Part shown: in pieces, positions 13,235 through 28,788 of the stretch | Numbering within the stretch: the first letter of the stretch is position 1 | Layout of the letters: every line of letters starts with the position of its first letter | DNA from: Bilabrum cf. latius | Taxonomy: Eukaryota | Assembly (NCBI GenBank): GCA_965178125.1 | Contig: OZ237766.1 | Span: forward strand, 310,001-374,000 | Length of the DNA: 64,000 nt | Direction: 5' to 3' | The notes under the pieces: generated by a model | Seen by the model: the letters and a program-made list of their open reading frames with translations, nothing else | Databases searched by the model: none | What the model was told of the DNA's origin: nothing | Made by a program: the position numbers and the translations under genes

Positions 13235-14760
13235 GTGGTGTCGGTTTTAGGGCGGTATTTGTGAGACAGCACTGGAGCCTGATCGCCGACGGGGTCGCTC
13301 ATATTCCAGCTGACACAGATCCATACAAGCTTGCAGGTTGGTGAGACCGTTAAGCATTGCACGCCCGATAAAAGCAAAAATAGCCAAAAAGTCAGTGTCT
13401 TACTTTGCATCGGCTCTTGATTGAAGCCATCAGGGTATGCACGGTAATTCTGCTTTCTCTGCGGCATGCGAGAGGCTGGCGGCAGCTAATGAATGATCCA
13501 AACAACGATGATCGTACCCATAGCATTGCCTCATGCAATTGTTATGCTTGACCGCACGTAAACTAGTCAACAACCACCACACAAGTCTCAACGCCCCTGG
13601 ATTGAGTGCCGCATGCTTGCATTGCAATTTGGCACAACGGTTCTGAAAGCGGGCCTTTAAGCTGATAAATTCGCCCCGCAGGCCTTCATGTGGACAAATT
13701 ACTACTCACAGGCTCCAAATCCAATATTTGATGAGCTTGAACGCTTTCAATCGTCCATGATTGCCCAGGGGAATGTGGGAGTGAACTGACTTGTACAGAA
13801 TGGGGTATCTGCGCCATTTGCCTCAGAATTATTGAATCGTACATACCATGGCGTCGACCACTGGAAATGTCCGTATAGTGTGTTCTTGATCCGCTATCTG
13901 TTGAACGGTTGCTTTGCGCCATTTCATCAGGGCGCGTCTATTGACTGCGGCCCAGAGTCGCTGGGACGTGTCGACGCAAACCAGTCAACTGCACGTTAAT
14001 GAGCGCTGCAAATGCAATTTGAAACGTCTCGATCCCTTCTAATTGTTCAAATATTACAGGGTTATGAGTTTCGCCCGATTGATAGACAGAGGTACTCCAG
14101 ATATGTGCTCGATGCCGAGCCGACTGGACCACTACATATCGACTCGGCGCTATCTCACGGCAATGCTGCAGCGCCACCATCACAAGCAGCGGCCAGACTC
14201 AGGCCCACAAGCCATGTCATGGATCCTCTCATACTTCAAGTATACTGTGCGATGAAAGGACTCGAGCGCTCGCCTAGAACAGCTAGATTTTACCCCTTAC
14301 GCGCACTTGCGTGTCCCATGCCGGCTCACAGTTCCGTTGGTAACAACATCTCAGCTATGCACTTGCTGTAGTGACCATATATTTAGTATTTAATTGAGAA
14401 ATGTTCGACGGTGAAGCCACATGACCATCCATCGCGCAAGCAACGCCCAAGAACAATCCGAACAATCGATGGTTGCGACCAAGTCAAACAGAGCAACGCT
14501 GGCACGTGGAAGATACCTGCCGAATCGCTGAACGGGCGAATGTCTGATATCCAAGCGAGACTATGCGATGAGCTCGCATCTCACAGACGCGTCACCCAGA
14601 AGCGATCATGCTCGCACTCTCCGCCGCGCGTGGCCCAGTACCGGTTGCAACCACACAACCACCAATCACCAATCAGTCACGTGCCCCTCCCCCGTCAATC
14701 ACACCCTCTGTGCAGGTAAACTGATCCGCCCGAGCAAGCGCGACACCCCACGCACACTCG

Positions 14761-16224
<1,464 letters not shown>

Positions 16225-16360
16225 GCTGATACTATATCAACGATTACTGGACCTGACACAGCACGGTGGAGAGATTTGCGGTCCAATCGTCATTCCAGGA
16301 AATGGCGCCACACAAGATTTTTCGGGGCGTAGCAACGCATTTCTGAGCATTAAACCAACC

Positions 16361-17595
16361 ATGAAGACCGTCATTGCAGCTCTCTCTATGCTAGCAGCCG
16401 TTGCGCTTGGCAAGCCCAAGGTGAGCAGCCGTGCTAGAGCTCCCCTACCGGGCAGTTGATGTTGCGCTCTGGTCCCATCACTTCGACCCAATGCTCCAAC
16501 CGCGAACATATCAACATCAGCACGATACGCAACCGAATACATTGTTTAAACTAAATTTCGTAGTGGCATGAGCTGGGATCGTACAGCTACGACGCCTTCA
16601 AGGCCGACTTCAACAAGCAGCACAGCGAGGAGCGCCGCGCCATCTTCGAGGAGAGGTTGCAGCACGTGATCGAGTTCAACCGGAACTCGGGCGCCTCCTA
16701 CAAGAAGGGCATCAACCACATGAGCGACTGGACCGCTGAGGAATTCGCGCGCGTTTCGAAGGGAATCAAGCGCACCGGCGACGAGCCCAAGGGCATGCCC
16801 CTGCCGGACTGGATCAGGAACGCCCCTCTGGCCCAGCTCCCCACCCACGTGGACTGGCGCGATCGCGGCGTGGTGACCGCCGTCAAGAACCAGGGCCACT
16901 GCGGGTCATGCTGGACCTTCGGCTCCACCGAGACGATCGAGTCCCACCTGGCCCTGGCCACCGGCAAGCTAATCAACCTGTCCCCGCAGCAGCTCGTCAG
17001 CTGCGTGGAGAACAAGAACCAGTGCGGCGGGTACGGCGGGTGCCAGGGCGCCACCGCCGAGATGGCCTTCCAGTACGTGAGCGATCACGGGATGGCGGAG
17101 GAATACACCTGGGGGTATGCCGCCGACACCTGGATGGGCAAGTCGAACGGGACCTGCATCGACGATCAGGTGCCCAAGACGGCCAACATGAGCGGGTTCT
17201 ACAAGGTGGACGCCAACGACGCCGACATGCTCACTCGGGCGTTGGCACTCGCGGGTCCTCAGTCCATCAGCGTGGCTGCCAACGTGTGGGGCGACTACGA
17301 TTCGGGGGTCTTTGACGGCTGCGACTTCAGCAAGGACATCGACATCGACCACGCCGTGCAGCTCGTGGGCTACACCCCCGACGCGTGGATCGTGAGGAAC
17401 AGCTGGAGCCCCTCCTGGGGTGAGGACGGATACATCCGCCTGAAGCGGTACCCCTCAGGCCAGGCGCCGTGCGGGGAGGACACCACCCCCCGCGATGGGG
17501 ACGGGTGCCCCGGGGGACCCTCGGAGGTGAAGGTCTGCGGCATGTGCGGGGTGGCGTACGATTCCGTGTACCCTGCCAATGTGAAGATGCTGTGA
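16361..17595 (+). CDS. Papain-family (C1A) cysteine protease, cathepsin L-like, copy B
   Basis: Exons 16361-16420 (signal peptide MKTVIAALSMLAAVALG) and 16564-17595. Motifs [22 protein letters not shown]; ends TGA. Confidence 0.95.
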
Positions 17596-17883
17596 GCGGG
17601 TGCATTGCACTGCTGAGCGCGGCACGGCCGCGATCGAGGTTGGCGCGTTGTGCAGCTGCATGCCAGACTGCCATGGGCGGGAATGTCTGCCGTTGGTTGG
17701 TCGGAGGTGTTCAGTTGTATGCATGTACAATCCATTCTTGAGGGGAAAGGAGATGCACCATTACCAGGCCACCGCGTAATGGTCTGGATCTTGGAAGTGG
17801 TTGCAACCTCATCTTCACAATTTACTCTGTCTAGGTTTCAAACGAGAACAAATTTGATCAAGCCGAATATACTATCGAAGGTG

Positions 17884-20297
17884 ATGTGAGTGCCCAGACT
17901 TGCTTGCATGGTTTGCTCCTGAAACGCATCACATTTTGGGTTCTGCGACCACGCCAGTTCTCGTGCTGCAATTGTACTAACTGCGATACCCGAAGGCCAT
18001 TGTCCGAGGCGGCGAAGCAAGTTCATCAAAGCCTCGGCTGTATTGACTCCCTTACTAAACTGCTCGGAATGGATGGAATAGACGAAATTCTTTGCGAGAA
18101 AGATGAAGTAAGACGAGCCACCATCCGTTGTATTCCAGCTGCAAGTCTCATATTGATTCGTTCAATATCGAGGAACACCCTAATACAAAGTATGGTATCC
18201 AATTGGTATGCAGAGCGGAAGGACTGCCCTAGCGACTGCTGCGGCAAACGGACATAGAGCTGCTTGCCAACTGCTGCTGGCGAAGGGGACGCACGTTGAG
18301 GCCAAGGACAACGTGAGATTTAGATGTTCTAGTGCGGCAAGTCTTGATAGCCCCCTTAACGTCATGCTAGCGTTTGAAGTGGTGGTTGACAGCGCTCACG
18401 CAAGACACAATCGTGACCACCTTTGATGGATCTAGCCGGTTGCCCAGAAGCTATCGTGCCACCATTGGGATGCATCACTGAAAGATTTGCCCACTTCATG
18501 CGTGCACGCGAATGGCCTACATGTCCGCTACGTTTTTCTCTTGGCACTCGCGTTGATTCTCAGTACGAAGACACGCCGCTAGCATTGGCTGCGTGGTACG
18601 GCCATGAAGACATTTGCAAGGCGCTGTTGGCTAGCGGGGCCGATGTATAGAATACAAACATAGTAAGACACAGATGAATGCCAGTGTAATAGAGTATGGC
18701 GTGCGCACTGGCTCTCGATCTGCGCCCGAGTCGCAGACACTGCAAAAGCTTACTGCAGCGAGTTTCGTCGCCGGCCTTGCGCTCCCAACTGCAGGCGTTC
18801 GAGTCACCGCTGGCACGTGCTGCCAGAACGGGTCATGCTTCAGTTTGCAAACTGCTCATAGAAAAGGGTGCCCAAGTTGAATCTGATAACGCTGTGAGTG
18901 GTCTCATGCTGATGGCAGTAGTGTTGGGCTGCTTGTCTCCACATTTTGGCGGATAACACTGCTGGGGTAATGGACAACAGATCATTCAGAACATGTTTGA
19001 TTGCGCAACTCATCTTCATGCGCCTGCACCCTTGCGAGTGGTACCCTTTGTGCCAGTGCGGCCATACTACCAGTATGCACAGCGCCCGGACGATACCATG
19101 AGCCCACATCCGATGTCTCGCGCAGGATGGAAACACATCGCTTGCTTTGGCCGCGATGCACGGCCATGAGTCTGTATGCCAGCTGTTGCTATCAAACGGA
19201 GCCAATGTTGATGCCAGGAATAATGTGAGGCTGATACACACGCGCACGATAGGGTTTGCAACAAGCAGTACAACTGCAGTACAGCTGGCTCGACACATGA
19301 CAGATAATCACATGCGGTTACCGCGCAATTTGAGCGAACTGGCCATGCACGTGCGGTAGTCTAGGACACATTGTACGAATTAGAGAGTTTGTGCATCCAC
19401 TGCCAAGCTCGCTTCTCTCGGCCAGACGATGCTAGTGTGCTCGCAGGCGGACATGGCACCCCTCCACATTGCCGCCTATTTCGGACAACCTGGCCCATGT
19501 AGCGTTCTGCTGAGGGCTGGTGCCAAGGTCAACGACATGGACGAGGTGAGAGCGTAATTGTGAGTAATAGCACCGCGCATTATGGTTGTTTTGTGACGTG
19601 ATATTTGCTTGGTAGCACATCATGCGACTCGCAGTACGATCGAACTCCGCTGCACGTAGTTGCGTCTACCAAGAGCCCGGAACGGAGCATAGTGTTTGAT
19701 CTTCTAGAGTTCGGGGCTAAATAGCTCGGGCCCGGTGTCATCGAGTCGTAGAAGGATTGCGTGAGGCATGTGTCGGGCACGAGATGGTGGTCGTCAAATC
19801 CAGGATTGTGCATCCTCTCGCTATCCATCGACAGAGTCCGAACCCATGGGTGCCAATGGCATATGCAAATGCTTCACTACAATGTAACCCAACAAAATTG
19901 ACCGCCACTATATGTATCCTACCCTCGATGGTTCTGAGTGCAGGATGGCCACACAGCGCTTGAAAGGGCAGTGGAAGGAGGCCACGTCGGCATAGCCAAG
20001 CTGATGGAGACTTACACTCCCAAGTGGGGCCACATGGCCAAATGGAGGAGAGCGGTCGATGCCAAGAGGGACGCTGGAAGAGTCTTCAGGGCAGCTGCTG
20101 AGGGTAGGCCCATGGAACTGGCAAAGAGGCTGAGACTGGGCAAGCTGGCAGGCGGGCTGGAGATCAAGGGCGAGGTGGAGGACGGGGCGGGCGGGACCAG
20201 GGTGGTGGGACCAATAGAGGCAGTCATGCTGGGTGGGCATGATTGGTGCCTAGAAGTGCTGGAAGAAGCGGCCAAAGGGCTCGTTTCTCAGTCATGA
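17884..20297 (+). CDS. Modular ankyrin-repeat protein, paralogue 2
   Basis: AT(17884-5)|intron with TACTAAC|G 17996-18107 cap exon; 99-nt exons 18214-18312, 18564-18662, 18795-18893, 19126-19224, 19447-19545; 126-nt exon 19635-19760; terminal exon 19944-20297 (...VFRAAAEGRPMELAKRLRLGKLAGGL...). Three in-frame TAG; ends TGA. Confidence 0.82.
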
Positions 20298-20329
20298 CTC
20301 ATGATCCATTGTACCGCATGATTCAAGCT

Positions 20330-23106
20330 GATCCCCTTGCGACCATAACTGTCCCAACCAACTGCAACTGTCCCAAGATTCAAAAGCGACCACTTCTTGA
20401 GCTCATACAGGTCTCAATTCTAGAGCTATGCAAGCATCCTCCTCCAGTTCTAAAGAATCATCAATACTCGACGCAATTGATGACTCGGATACTCGGGCTA
20501 TCCTTCAGGTGTCTGTGGATGACGTGAATCGTGTGCTCGCTTGGCGCACGGCCTTGGAGCAATCGGCAGAAGAATGCACAGCTGAGCAGCCTGAGATGCG
20601 ACTATATGAGGCGCAGCAAGCAGATTACATAATTTACAAGCAGAAGCTGCAGGCCTGGAGGGAAAAAAACCCCGGTAAGGTTCAAAATGACAGTGAAATC
20701 TACCGAGAGATTCAAAATGAGGTGTACCCAGAAAAGACGTTTAGCGCTGTCCGGAAGCGATTCCAGCGAATCTAGCAAAGATTAACGTGTCCCCTACAAG
20801 AGTTGTGTTGGCGAACAGATTTGCCCTAGTATATTGAACGGGCACTTGCGAAGCTGGTCATATTGCGAGAGGATGAGAAGGTGCCGTTCACGCTTGAAGG
20901 ACTGCGCCGAACTGCAACAGGCCTTCGCAACGACTTTTGTGCTGGTTCACACAAGGATGGAGTGCCACTATCGCGTGTGTGGTCAACCAGATTTCTAAAG
21001 GCTCATAACCTGAAGGATTTGCAAGGCGAAGAGAAGACAATCAATCGTAGCGTGGCGGAGAGCCACACGTGCTTGCTGGACTGGTTTGGCGAAGGAGCAG
21101 CAAAACGAGGCCTGGTACTCAATACTGAGCTTGGCGTCGTCGTGTCAGGGACGTGCATCTATCACGAACGATTGTAGTTAAACATAGATGAGACTGTGAT
21201 CATAATGCATGCCCAGCCAGGGTAGGGCGCAAGGGTTGACGGGGCGGACCGTCTAGTGGTCAGGGCCGAATCGCCCCGTGCTGCGCTTCGCGCGACGCAT
21301 TTTTCCAATACAAACGTATCATTCGTTCCTGTTGTATCAGCAAAGGATGGAATTGTTGCTGGCCTTCTCGTTTTCCGCTACGATGGCAAGTCTCAAAAGG
21401 TCAAACGCGAGATCCAGCGCGAGCAGGAATATGTGGCAGCCCGGTTGCAACGTGCACAAGCCCAGCGCGATGCGGGCAAGCTCGACGACGACGGCCTGAA
21501 GGCGGAGCTCGAGGATATTCTAGCTGAGGTAAGGCTATCTGGTAATGTTGTAGACCCCTCGTCTGTCCAGAAACTCTTCTTGGTGCTAGCCAAGACGGAC
21601 ATCGAGCTCCTCGACATCATCGTGTTCTGTGCGACCCCCTCCGGCTACAGCAACGTCGGGTCCTTGTCCCTGCTGCTTCCAAAGATCGTAGAGTACGCAG
21701 CTAGAGTGCGAAGGGAAGAGGGACTCCCTCCCACAGCTAGAGTACTGCTCACGATGGACAACCACTCGACGCATGACCAGCGGAGCCTCAGGAAGTTCTG
21801 CGCTGCCAACAACATCGACATCGAGCTCCTCCTTCCAATGAGCACCCACTTCCTGCAGCCCCTGGACGTCGCGTGCATGTCGTCCTTCAAAGCAGAGCTT
21901 CGTGGTGTTAAGAAAGACTTCTGTGTCTATCTGAGCTAGCTTCATTTCATGGAAGCATTCATGGCGTCTGCCCCAGAGGCGAAGAAGTCGGCACTAGCGA
22001 AGGCGTCGTGTGACGCGATCGGGGAGGAGTGGATCGCACCGCTGGTCTTGACCTGCGCAAGCCACAGCTTTCGAGCTTCGAATGCTGCTAGTGGATTCAG
22101 GAAGTGCGGACTTCTCCCGTTCAACCCTTCCGTTGTTGTTGACATGGACAAAGTCAAGCAGCACAGGGCCACGCTGCAGAGGGCCCGGGAGGGGGCCAGT
22201 GGTAGTGAGCTGTCAGACGTAGCCAAAATACTGGAGAGTGTCCCGACAGAGTCAGGATCTTTCGTGAAGAGTACTACGGCTGCCAGTGGAGCAGGCGCAT
22301 CTGAGCCGTAGTCATCATCCTCGTCTGCTGTGCTTGGGCCTGCCACGGCTGACAACCTCGGGGGACTGGCGAGCGCCCAGCGCGTGGTGAGCGCCCATGA
22401 TGCCCTGGCGAAGAGACGACCCAACACGGCTGCATTCCTGAGATTAGCAGGTCTGGGGGTTCAAGCAAAGATTGAAAGCGCAGCTCGGGCACAACAATCT
22501 CAGAAAAGGCGACCAAGGCTGAAGGGGCTGCAAGGCAACCGTGGGGCCATCGGGCCCCGGGGGGGCGGGGGTGACGCCGCTTAGCTGCGGAAAAATCAGA
22601 TGCGCGACCGCCCACTCTAGGATCAGTCCAAAGGTGAGATTATTGAGCAGCTTGAGGAGGCTAGAGTCAACCTGGACGCCATGAGAGCTCAGAATCAGGC
22701 CCTCAAGGACAAGATCGCGAAGATCTAGGCTGCAAGCAACAAGAGGGCCATGCCAGCTTCAAAAAAGCGTCGAACTTAATAAATTTATATATTATTATAC
22801 TGTCATTATACTAAAAACCTGAAAAAATGAGTGAAATACGAGATATTTGGGACTTTGAAGCTGGGACAGTTGTGATTTTTACCAGACGCGATCATGCCGG
22901 CCGCCAAGGCCGCCATCTTTGGTCGGTCATAGCTTGAAGAGAACATGCCGTCCTGAAAATCTGGTTACAGTTTTGAAATCTTCTTATAAACCTGCTTCAT
23001 CATCGAAAAGGATGAGGCCCTAGTTGGACATTATTGCTCCGAATTTTGCGACTGAAGTTGGGAATTTTGCCGTTCAGCTTGGGACAGTTATGGTCGCAAG
23101 GGGATC
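20330..23106. mobile_element. Full-length pogo-superfamily (Tc1/mariner-related, DD35D) DNA transposon
   Basis: Perfect 28-bp inverted repeat GATCCCCTTGCGACCATAACTGTCCCAA at 20330-20357 and 23079-23106 (includes the probable target site); subterminal ACTGTCCCA copies near 20367 and 22862; encloses a transposase. Confidence 0.92.
20428..22779 (+). CDS. DDE_1-type transposase, 783 aa when UAG is read as Gln
   Basis: LNIDET, VLLTMDNHSTH and THFLQPLD motifs with 35 residues between the 2nd and 3rd Asp; nine in-frame TAG, no frameshift; ends ...SKKRRT-TAA. Confidence 0.9.
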
Positions 23107-23225
23107 CGGATCTGTGACCACCTGTCTGCGCCGATATCTCTCCCAAATATCCTAGTCTAGCTTAGCTTCGATAACGCGCGGAGATGAATACATGAAAAAT
23201 GCATGGATATGTTAACGTTGCATGG

Positions 23226-24230
23226 TTAGCCTCGCACAACTTGCGCTGTGCCGCGCTCCCCGCACACTACGGAGCCCCCCTAAGCGAAAATCAGCGAGTT
23301 GCACACGGCGCTCTGCGTGTACACAAAGCCCTGAATGGTGACCGTATCGACGAGGCAGGAATGCAGCATACTGCAACATTCTTCTGCGAGCGGCTCGGTC
23401 AGAACCAGTTCATCCGCGCTGGATGCTGTAGTGCTATCTGTAGACCCACCGCTGTCCCCCTCCCCCTCTTCCCCATCCTCTCCATCGGTGCTGCTGCTGG
23501 TGGTGGTGGTACTGCCCACTTCCACTCCACCGGCCCGCAGGGTGTTGAGGAGCAGAGTGGTCAGCGGGTTGGTTTGGTTCTGGCCCACGCCGCCGAACCC
23601 GTCGTCCTCCGGCAGAAGTTCCGCTTCAATTTGCGCGGCGCCGACCAGGTTCTGCCTCGCTGCGATGGCCCTGGCGAATCGATCGTCCGCCCTCTGCCTC
23701 ACTAAGTCCTCAGAAAGCTCATCAAACTCGTCCAGACTCTCGATGTACTGTTCCGTACAGTCACTTCCGGTTTCTTCCTCCGTGGCACCGGCAGCGCTCG
23801 CTAGCCCGCCCACGACGGCTGCGTCCACGCTCGCCCCGCCGTCAAACTCACTCTCGGACGCAGCCGCCCGCAACAAGTCATAGTAAGATGAACCTTTGTC
23901 CCCAGCGGCTTCGGTACACGCGAATGCCCTGATTCGGTTGCGGCAGTCTTGGGATTTGGCACCGCACCAGCCACCCGAACTAACAAGCGGGCTTAACGAA
24001 GACAAATCCGGCTGCCCGCCCGAATCGATTCGAAGCTACTGACATAACATGGCAGCAGTGACTCTTGCAGAAAAGTCAACGCTTGTGCCGGGTCGATTTC
24101 TGGAGGCCACCTGCTGATTGGCTAGCTCTGGGCAAAAAGCTAGCTCGTCTTCCAGAAGACGCTAACAAGCATACGATTGGAATATTATAAGTTGAACAAG
24201 AGACAAATGAATGAATTGCCGGACACTCAT
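23226..24230 (-). CDS. Hypothetical, possibly secreted Cys-containing protein (~334 aa)
   Basis: ORF 23280-24005 extends through TAG up to MSVRQFIHLSLVQLIIFQSYAC (signal-like) and down to TAA 23226. No family recognised. Confidence 0.55.
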
Positions 24231-24890
24231 GCCGGTGAATTCGCGGACAAACTGATTGAATCCACTCAATCCAGGCGTTGGTCGCGGTACAGTGCACTGC
24301 ACCTTCCGAACACCAAGATTGTGTTTGCATCACTGCAACTGTGTTCAACCATCCCGCGTGATAGCCCTCATCATAGGCACGTTCGATTTATCTACTCAGC
24401 TCAGCCCGCTTCAAGTCGAATCTTCGTAACAAGCAGAGCGTTCCGTCAGATGCAGGTCCCTGAGAATGAGATCGGGCGCAGCACCCGCTCGAGGGGTAGG
24501 CTCAGATACGACGTAGCGAAGCGGGGGAGAGAGCGTTCGAGAAGGCCAGTCCAGTGAGGAACGAGCAGGAGAGGAGGCTATGGGATGGGCGAGAAGGACG
24601 AGGGCGGAGCCAATTTAGTCTATACAGTTTACTAAACAATTTATTAGCGAGTCACACCGCAGCAGCAGTCCAGCTGTGGCCAAGGCGGTGCATCGACAAG
24701 TTGATCGACCCCAGCCCGCCCTGACACGGACCATCAGCACTACAACATGGCAAGGTATATCATGTAAGCCCCCAAAACAATAATGCATCTTCTTGGGGTA
24801 GCACCACATCTGGGTAGCACAAGTCCAGTAGCGTGCACATGTTTGCACCGAGCAAATCTCATTTATTGCCGGACCAGGGCACCCGCAGGC

Positions 24891-25997
24891 ATGGGCCATG
24901 ATAGTGCTGGTGCGTTCTTACCTCTAGCAGCTGCTGTTATATTTTGCTATACAGTCACAGCCTGTGTCGTCTTAGCTGGCTGCAAGAAAGGCCAAGGATT
25001 AGCCGAAGATCTCGACACGAGCTGCGTGGTTGGCGATGACTTTATCCTGTAGAACTGGAACGGAAGCCTGGTTTTTCCTCCTCGGCTAGTTTCTCGGGAT
25101 GACGGAGGTTTCCTGTACGGAAAGCAAATAGCAGGTCCGTTCGCATCGGACGATGAAGTTAGAGAGATGATCGCTTCGTAGTCCACCAAGCTCTCTAGCT
25201 GGACACTGGACGCAACCGATGGTGTCCTTGGAGTCGATCCAGATATAGGAAATAAAACTGTTTGGCAGTATCCTGTCCAGGTCAACGGAGTTCGTATTTC
25301 GATTACTGGAAGACTTCCGGAGGGATCGCGTGATGAGGCTTACGCGGCATTCATACTCCAAAATAGGGACTACTGTGACACTGACGCGGCTCAAGGAAAT
25401 GTATGGTATGAATCTAGAGACTGGATGCCTGAGGCAGGGATCATGATCGGGACATCGGGTGCTGTGCTCGGAGGCTCGTTAGCAATCCTGGCATTCATAC
25501 TGTACGTCTTTCAGACTATAGACGGAAACAAGGTCAAAGGAAGGGTGACTGACATATGCCTTGTCCCCTGTTGGTGCGCACTATTCGTATCTATCGTGGC
25601 TTTCATGTGGATTGGGGGCCTTGGCATTACAGCTGGACTTCCGGCATTTTCAGGTTCGAATTGGTGGGCCGTGAACTTGCTCAGGTTGAGTCCGCAATCT
25701 AAAGTACCTTTTATTTCCGGCTGCCTGTGCTACTTTAGTTACTTTGTGATTGCGCTTGTGATGGCCGCTGGCTATTTGGTCATCACCTGCGCAGATGGCT
25801 GTGCCATGGTTTCAGTCTCCTCGAAAGCCTTAGATGAGTGGCAGAAGAGCCACGCCGCACTTAAGAAAGAAGGGCTTTAGGAGGTAACGCGAAACAGCGC
25901 GGCGGCACAGCCACCGGACATCTAGTGGGACAGCAACCCGGTTAGCGCGGAGCTGTAGGAGCATGACCATGGAGGTCACGGTGACAGCAGCGCCTGA
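24891..25997 (+). CDS. Hypothetical multi-pass membrane protein (~368 aa)
   Basis: One frame from ATG 24891 through five TAG to TGA 25995; hydrophobic N-terminus and about three hydrophobic segments in 25425-25800. Confidence 0.65.
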
Positions 25998-26667
25998 GCC
26001 AAGGATACTATTTCTAGCAGTACTGCCTTCGTTTTCATACAGGATTTCTTACATCTGTCCAAACAGGCTAAGGCGAGTATGCCAGCGCACCAGACTGACT
26101 GCCTCCGGTCCAAGCTGCCTCTTTGCCCACTGTACTGGATGGCAACAGTCGGTTACGCAACCTCGCGGTGATTCAACTCGATTCATAATGCAATTTATTA
26201 CCGTCATCGCAGACAGCCAAGGTAAGCCGGGGGATGGGGAGGGGGCAGCCGTAGCAGCGTTCTACGCGATACGGCTAGCATGATGCGGCAGATTCTCCTC
26301 CTCATCAGGCGGCGCTGGGTGCCCCTGGGCATTGCGCACCGCCACTTGCATACTCTGTGGATATATGCCTCCGCATTATCCATGCACCCATATTTTAATT
26401 AGACCTTGTTCTTGCGTGCGTATCCGGAGTCAGGGGCCACCCCACCTGGCTGAGCCTATTCAGTCTATGCTTGTCCCCAACTTGTTACTACCCGGCTAGG
26501 GAGGTTTGAAAACCAATCCCCCAGAAGGTGACCCTGATGAAGGCTTTCCAGGGGGCCATCCGTGGGGTCCCTCGCAAGTCTACTAGTACGGAACTTCAAG
26601 CTGAATTGCGCGGCGCCAACATTAATGCGGCAGAAAGATTCGGCCGGAACAATTAACTGATTACAAT

Positions 26668-28602
26668 ATGTCCAAACAAGGATCTTTCGCAAATCCGAAG
26701 GACTTCGTTGGATCCATCAAGAATGCTGCTTTCAAGGTACTGGAACCACCTTCAAGCGAGAAGTATCGCAAGGTAGAGCACTTGATCCTGGTTATTGGTG
26801 GTGCTGCAATCACGACGTACGTGCTCGTGCGTGCCGTACAGGCCGGCCCGCAAGCGGTTCTGAAGAGCGTAGTCGGCTCAGTCATATCAGTTGCATCTGC
26901 CGTGCCCGGAGTTCGTGGCGCAATCGACAAGCAGATCGAGGGAAGCCTCAAGGGAGTGGAACACGAAGTGCTCGGCGATGGAGACGACGAGACTGCCATC
27001 ACAATCCCGACACAGAGCCGCTCGCACGACGAGGTGATCGCATTGACGCAGAAATATGGCGTGTCGGATTCCTTTCAGCGTGGCAAGTCGCTCGGCGGCA
27101 TCTACTACGAGCTCCAAGGCGACATGTCGAAAACGCACGCCGCCATGTGGGCGCAGTTCTCGAAGACAAACGCGCTGTTCCCCGCTTTGTTCAGGGGAGT
27201 ACGTCGGATGGAAAGCGAGCTGTTGGCGATGATCCTCGCGATGCTCACGGGCGGCTCCAAGATGGCGCCAGTGCTGGACTCCCTGCCGGGCAGCACAGCC
27301 GGCGCGCAGGCCGCCGGCGGGGGCGCATCATCATCATCAGGAGAAGGAGACGCAGCGAAAGCAATTCTGGTCGCTTCTGCAGAGGACCGGGAGCGCATCG
27401 AGGAGGAGGACAAGGCCAACCGCACGCTGCCCTGGGTGGCCTCGAGCCCCGTGCTCCCCTTCGCCGAGAGGAGGCCCGCCCTGCATGGAGAGGGCCTGGG
27501 GGAGCTATGTGGGATCGTCACATCCGGGGGAACAGAATCCATCGCCCTGGCGATCAGGGCATACCAGGCGCAGGGGGAGGCGGAGCGTGGGATCGCAAGG
27601 GACCAAGCCAACATCGTGTGCAGCCAGGCAGCCCACGCAGCGCTGGACAAGGCCTGCCACTTCTACGGGATCCAGCTGAGGAAGATCCCAGTCGACGAGA
27701 ACATGCAGCTGGACCCAGCCAAGGCGGAGAAATAGATCGACTCCAACACCCTCTGCATCTTCGGCTCGGCGGTATCCTTCCCGCACGGCGTGGCGGATGA
27801 CATCCCGGCCCTGGGCCGGATCGCCATCAAGCACGGCGTGGGTCTACACAGCGACAACTGCCTCGGGGGAGTGCTGCTGTCGGCAATGCGCGGCGCCGGG
27901 ATCCAGGTTCCGCAGTTCGACTTCGCCGTGCCGGGAGTGACGACCATGTCTGTGGACGTGCACAAGTACGGGCTTGCCTCCAAGGGGGCATCCGTGGTGG
28001 CCTTCAGGACGAGGAACCTTCGCTGCCACGTGTTCTCTGCTGTGACCGACTGGTCCGGGGGATTCTACACCACCCCCACCGCGCAGGGCAGCAGGTCAGG
28101 CGGCGCAATCGCGCAGGCGTGGGGCAGCCTGGTGCGCATGGGGCAGGCGGGGTACGTGTCCATGGCCAGGAGAGTCCACGCACTCGTCACACAGCTGGCC
28201 ACGGAGATCCCCAAGATCCCCGGTCTCAAGCTGCTGGGCCGCCCGGACGCCGCCGTGGTGGCCTTCGGATCCACCGGTGGATTCAACATTTACGCCTTCG
28301 CCACGAGGCTCAAGGATAAGCACGGGTTCGGGCTGCCAACACTGCAGAAGCCCTCGGGGCTGCACGTGTGCGTGACCCTTCGCCTTGAGGACTGCGTGGA
28401 GGAGATGCTGGAGGCAATGCGGGAGTGCGCCGCGTACTGCGGGGAGCACCCGGAGGAAGGGGCGAAGGGTGCCGCGGGGGTTTATGGGACCACTTTCGCC
28501 CTGCCCGACGGCGAGGTGGAGAAGACGCTCAAGCTGTACGACGAGATGATTCTGGCGGTGAAGCCGGGGAGCAAGCACCCGCTGTGGAGGGAGAGGGGAT
28601 AA
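26668..28602 (+). CDS. SGPL1: Sphingosine-1-phosphate lyase (PLP-dependent)
   Basis: N-terminal TM segment, TSGGTESI, AHAALDKA, FPHGVADDI, HSDNCLGG, SVDVHKYG, GSRSG. Halves joined in frame by one TAG at 27733; ends TAA. Confidence 0.93.
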
Positions 28603-28788
28603 GTGGGTGGATTCCATTCTCTGGGAGTTACATTATTTTTCTATATTCAGCGCACACATTTCACTCAACCAGTAGCAGGGAGGCAGCCTCAATGCTGGTT
28701 GCGTCCAAAATCGATGAAGAAGATGACTAGAGCTGGGAACGCGACTGAGGTCGAAGATTCGATCCACATTGCATCCGCCGCCAGTACC

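Noticed and set aside
13240-14700. Possible gene or pseudogene between homeobox and cathepsin
   Set aside because: The frame examined contains TAA/TGA and no recognisable motif.
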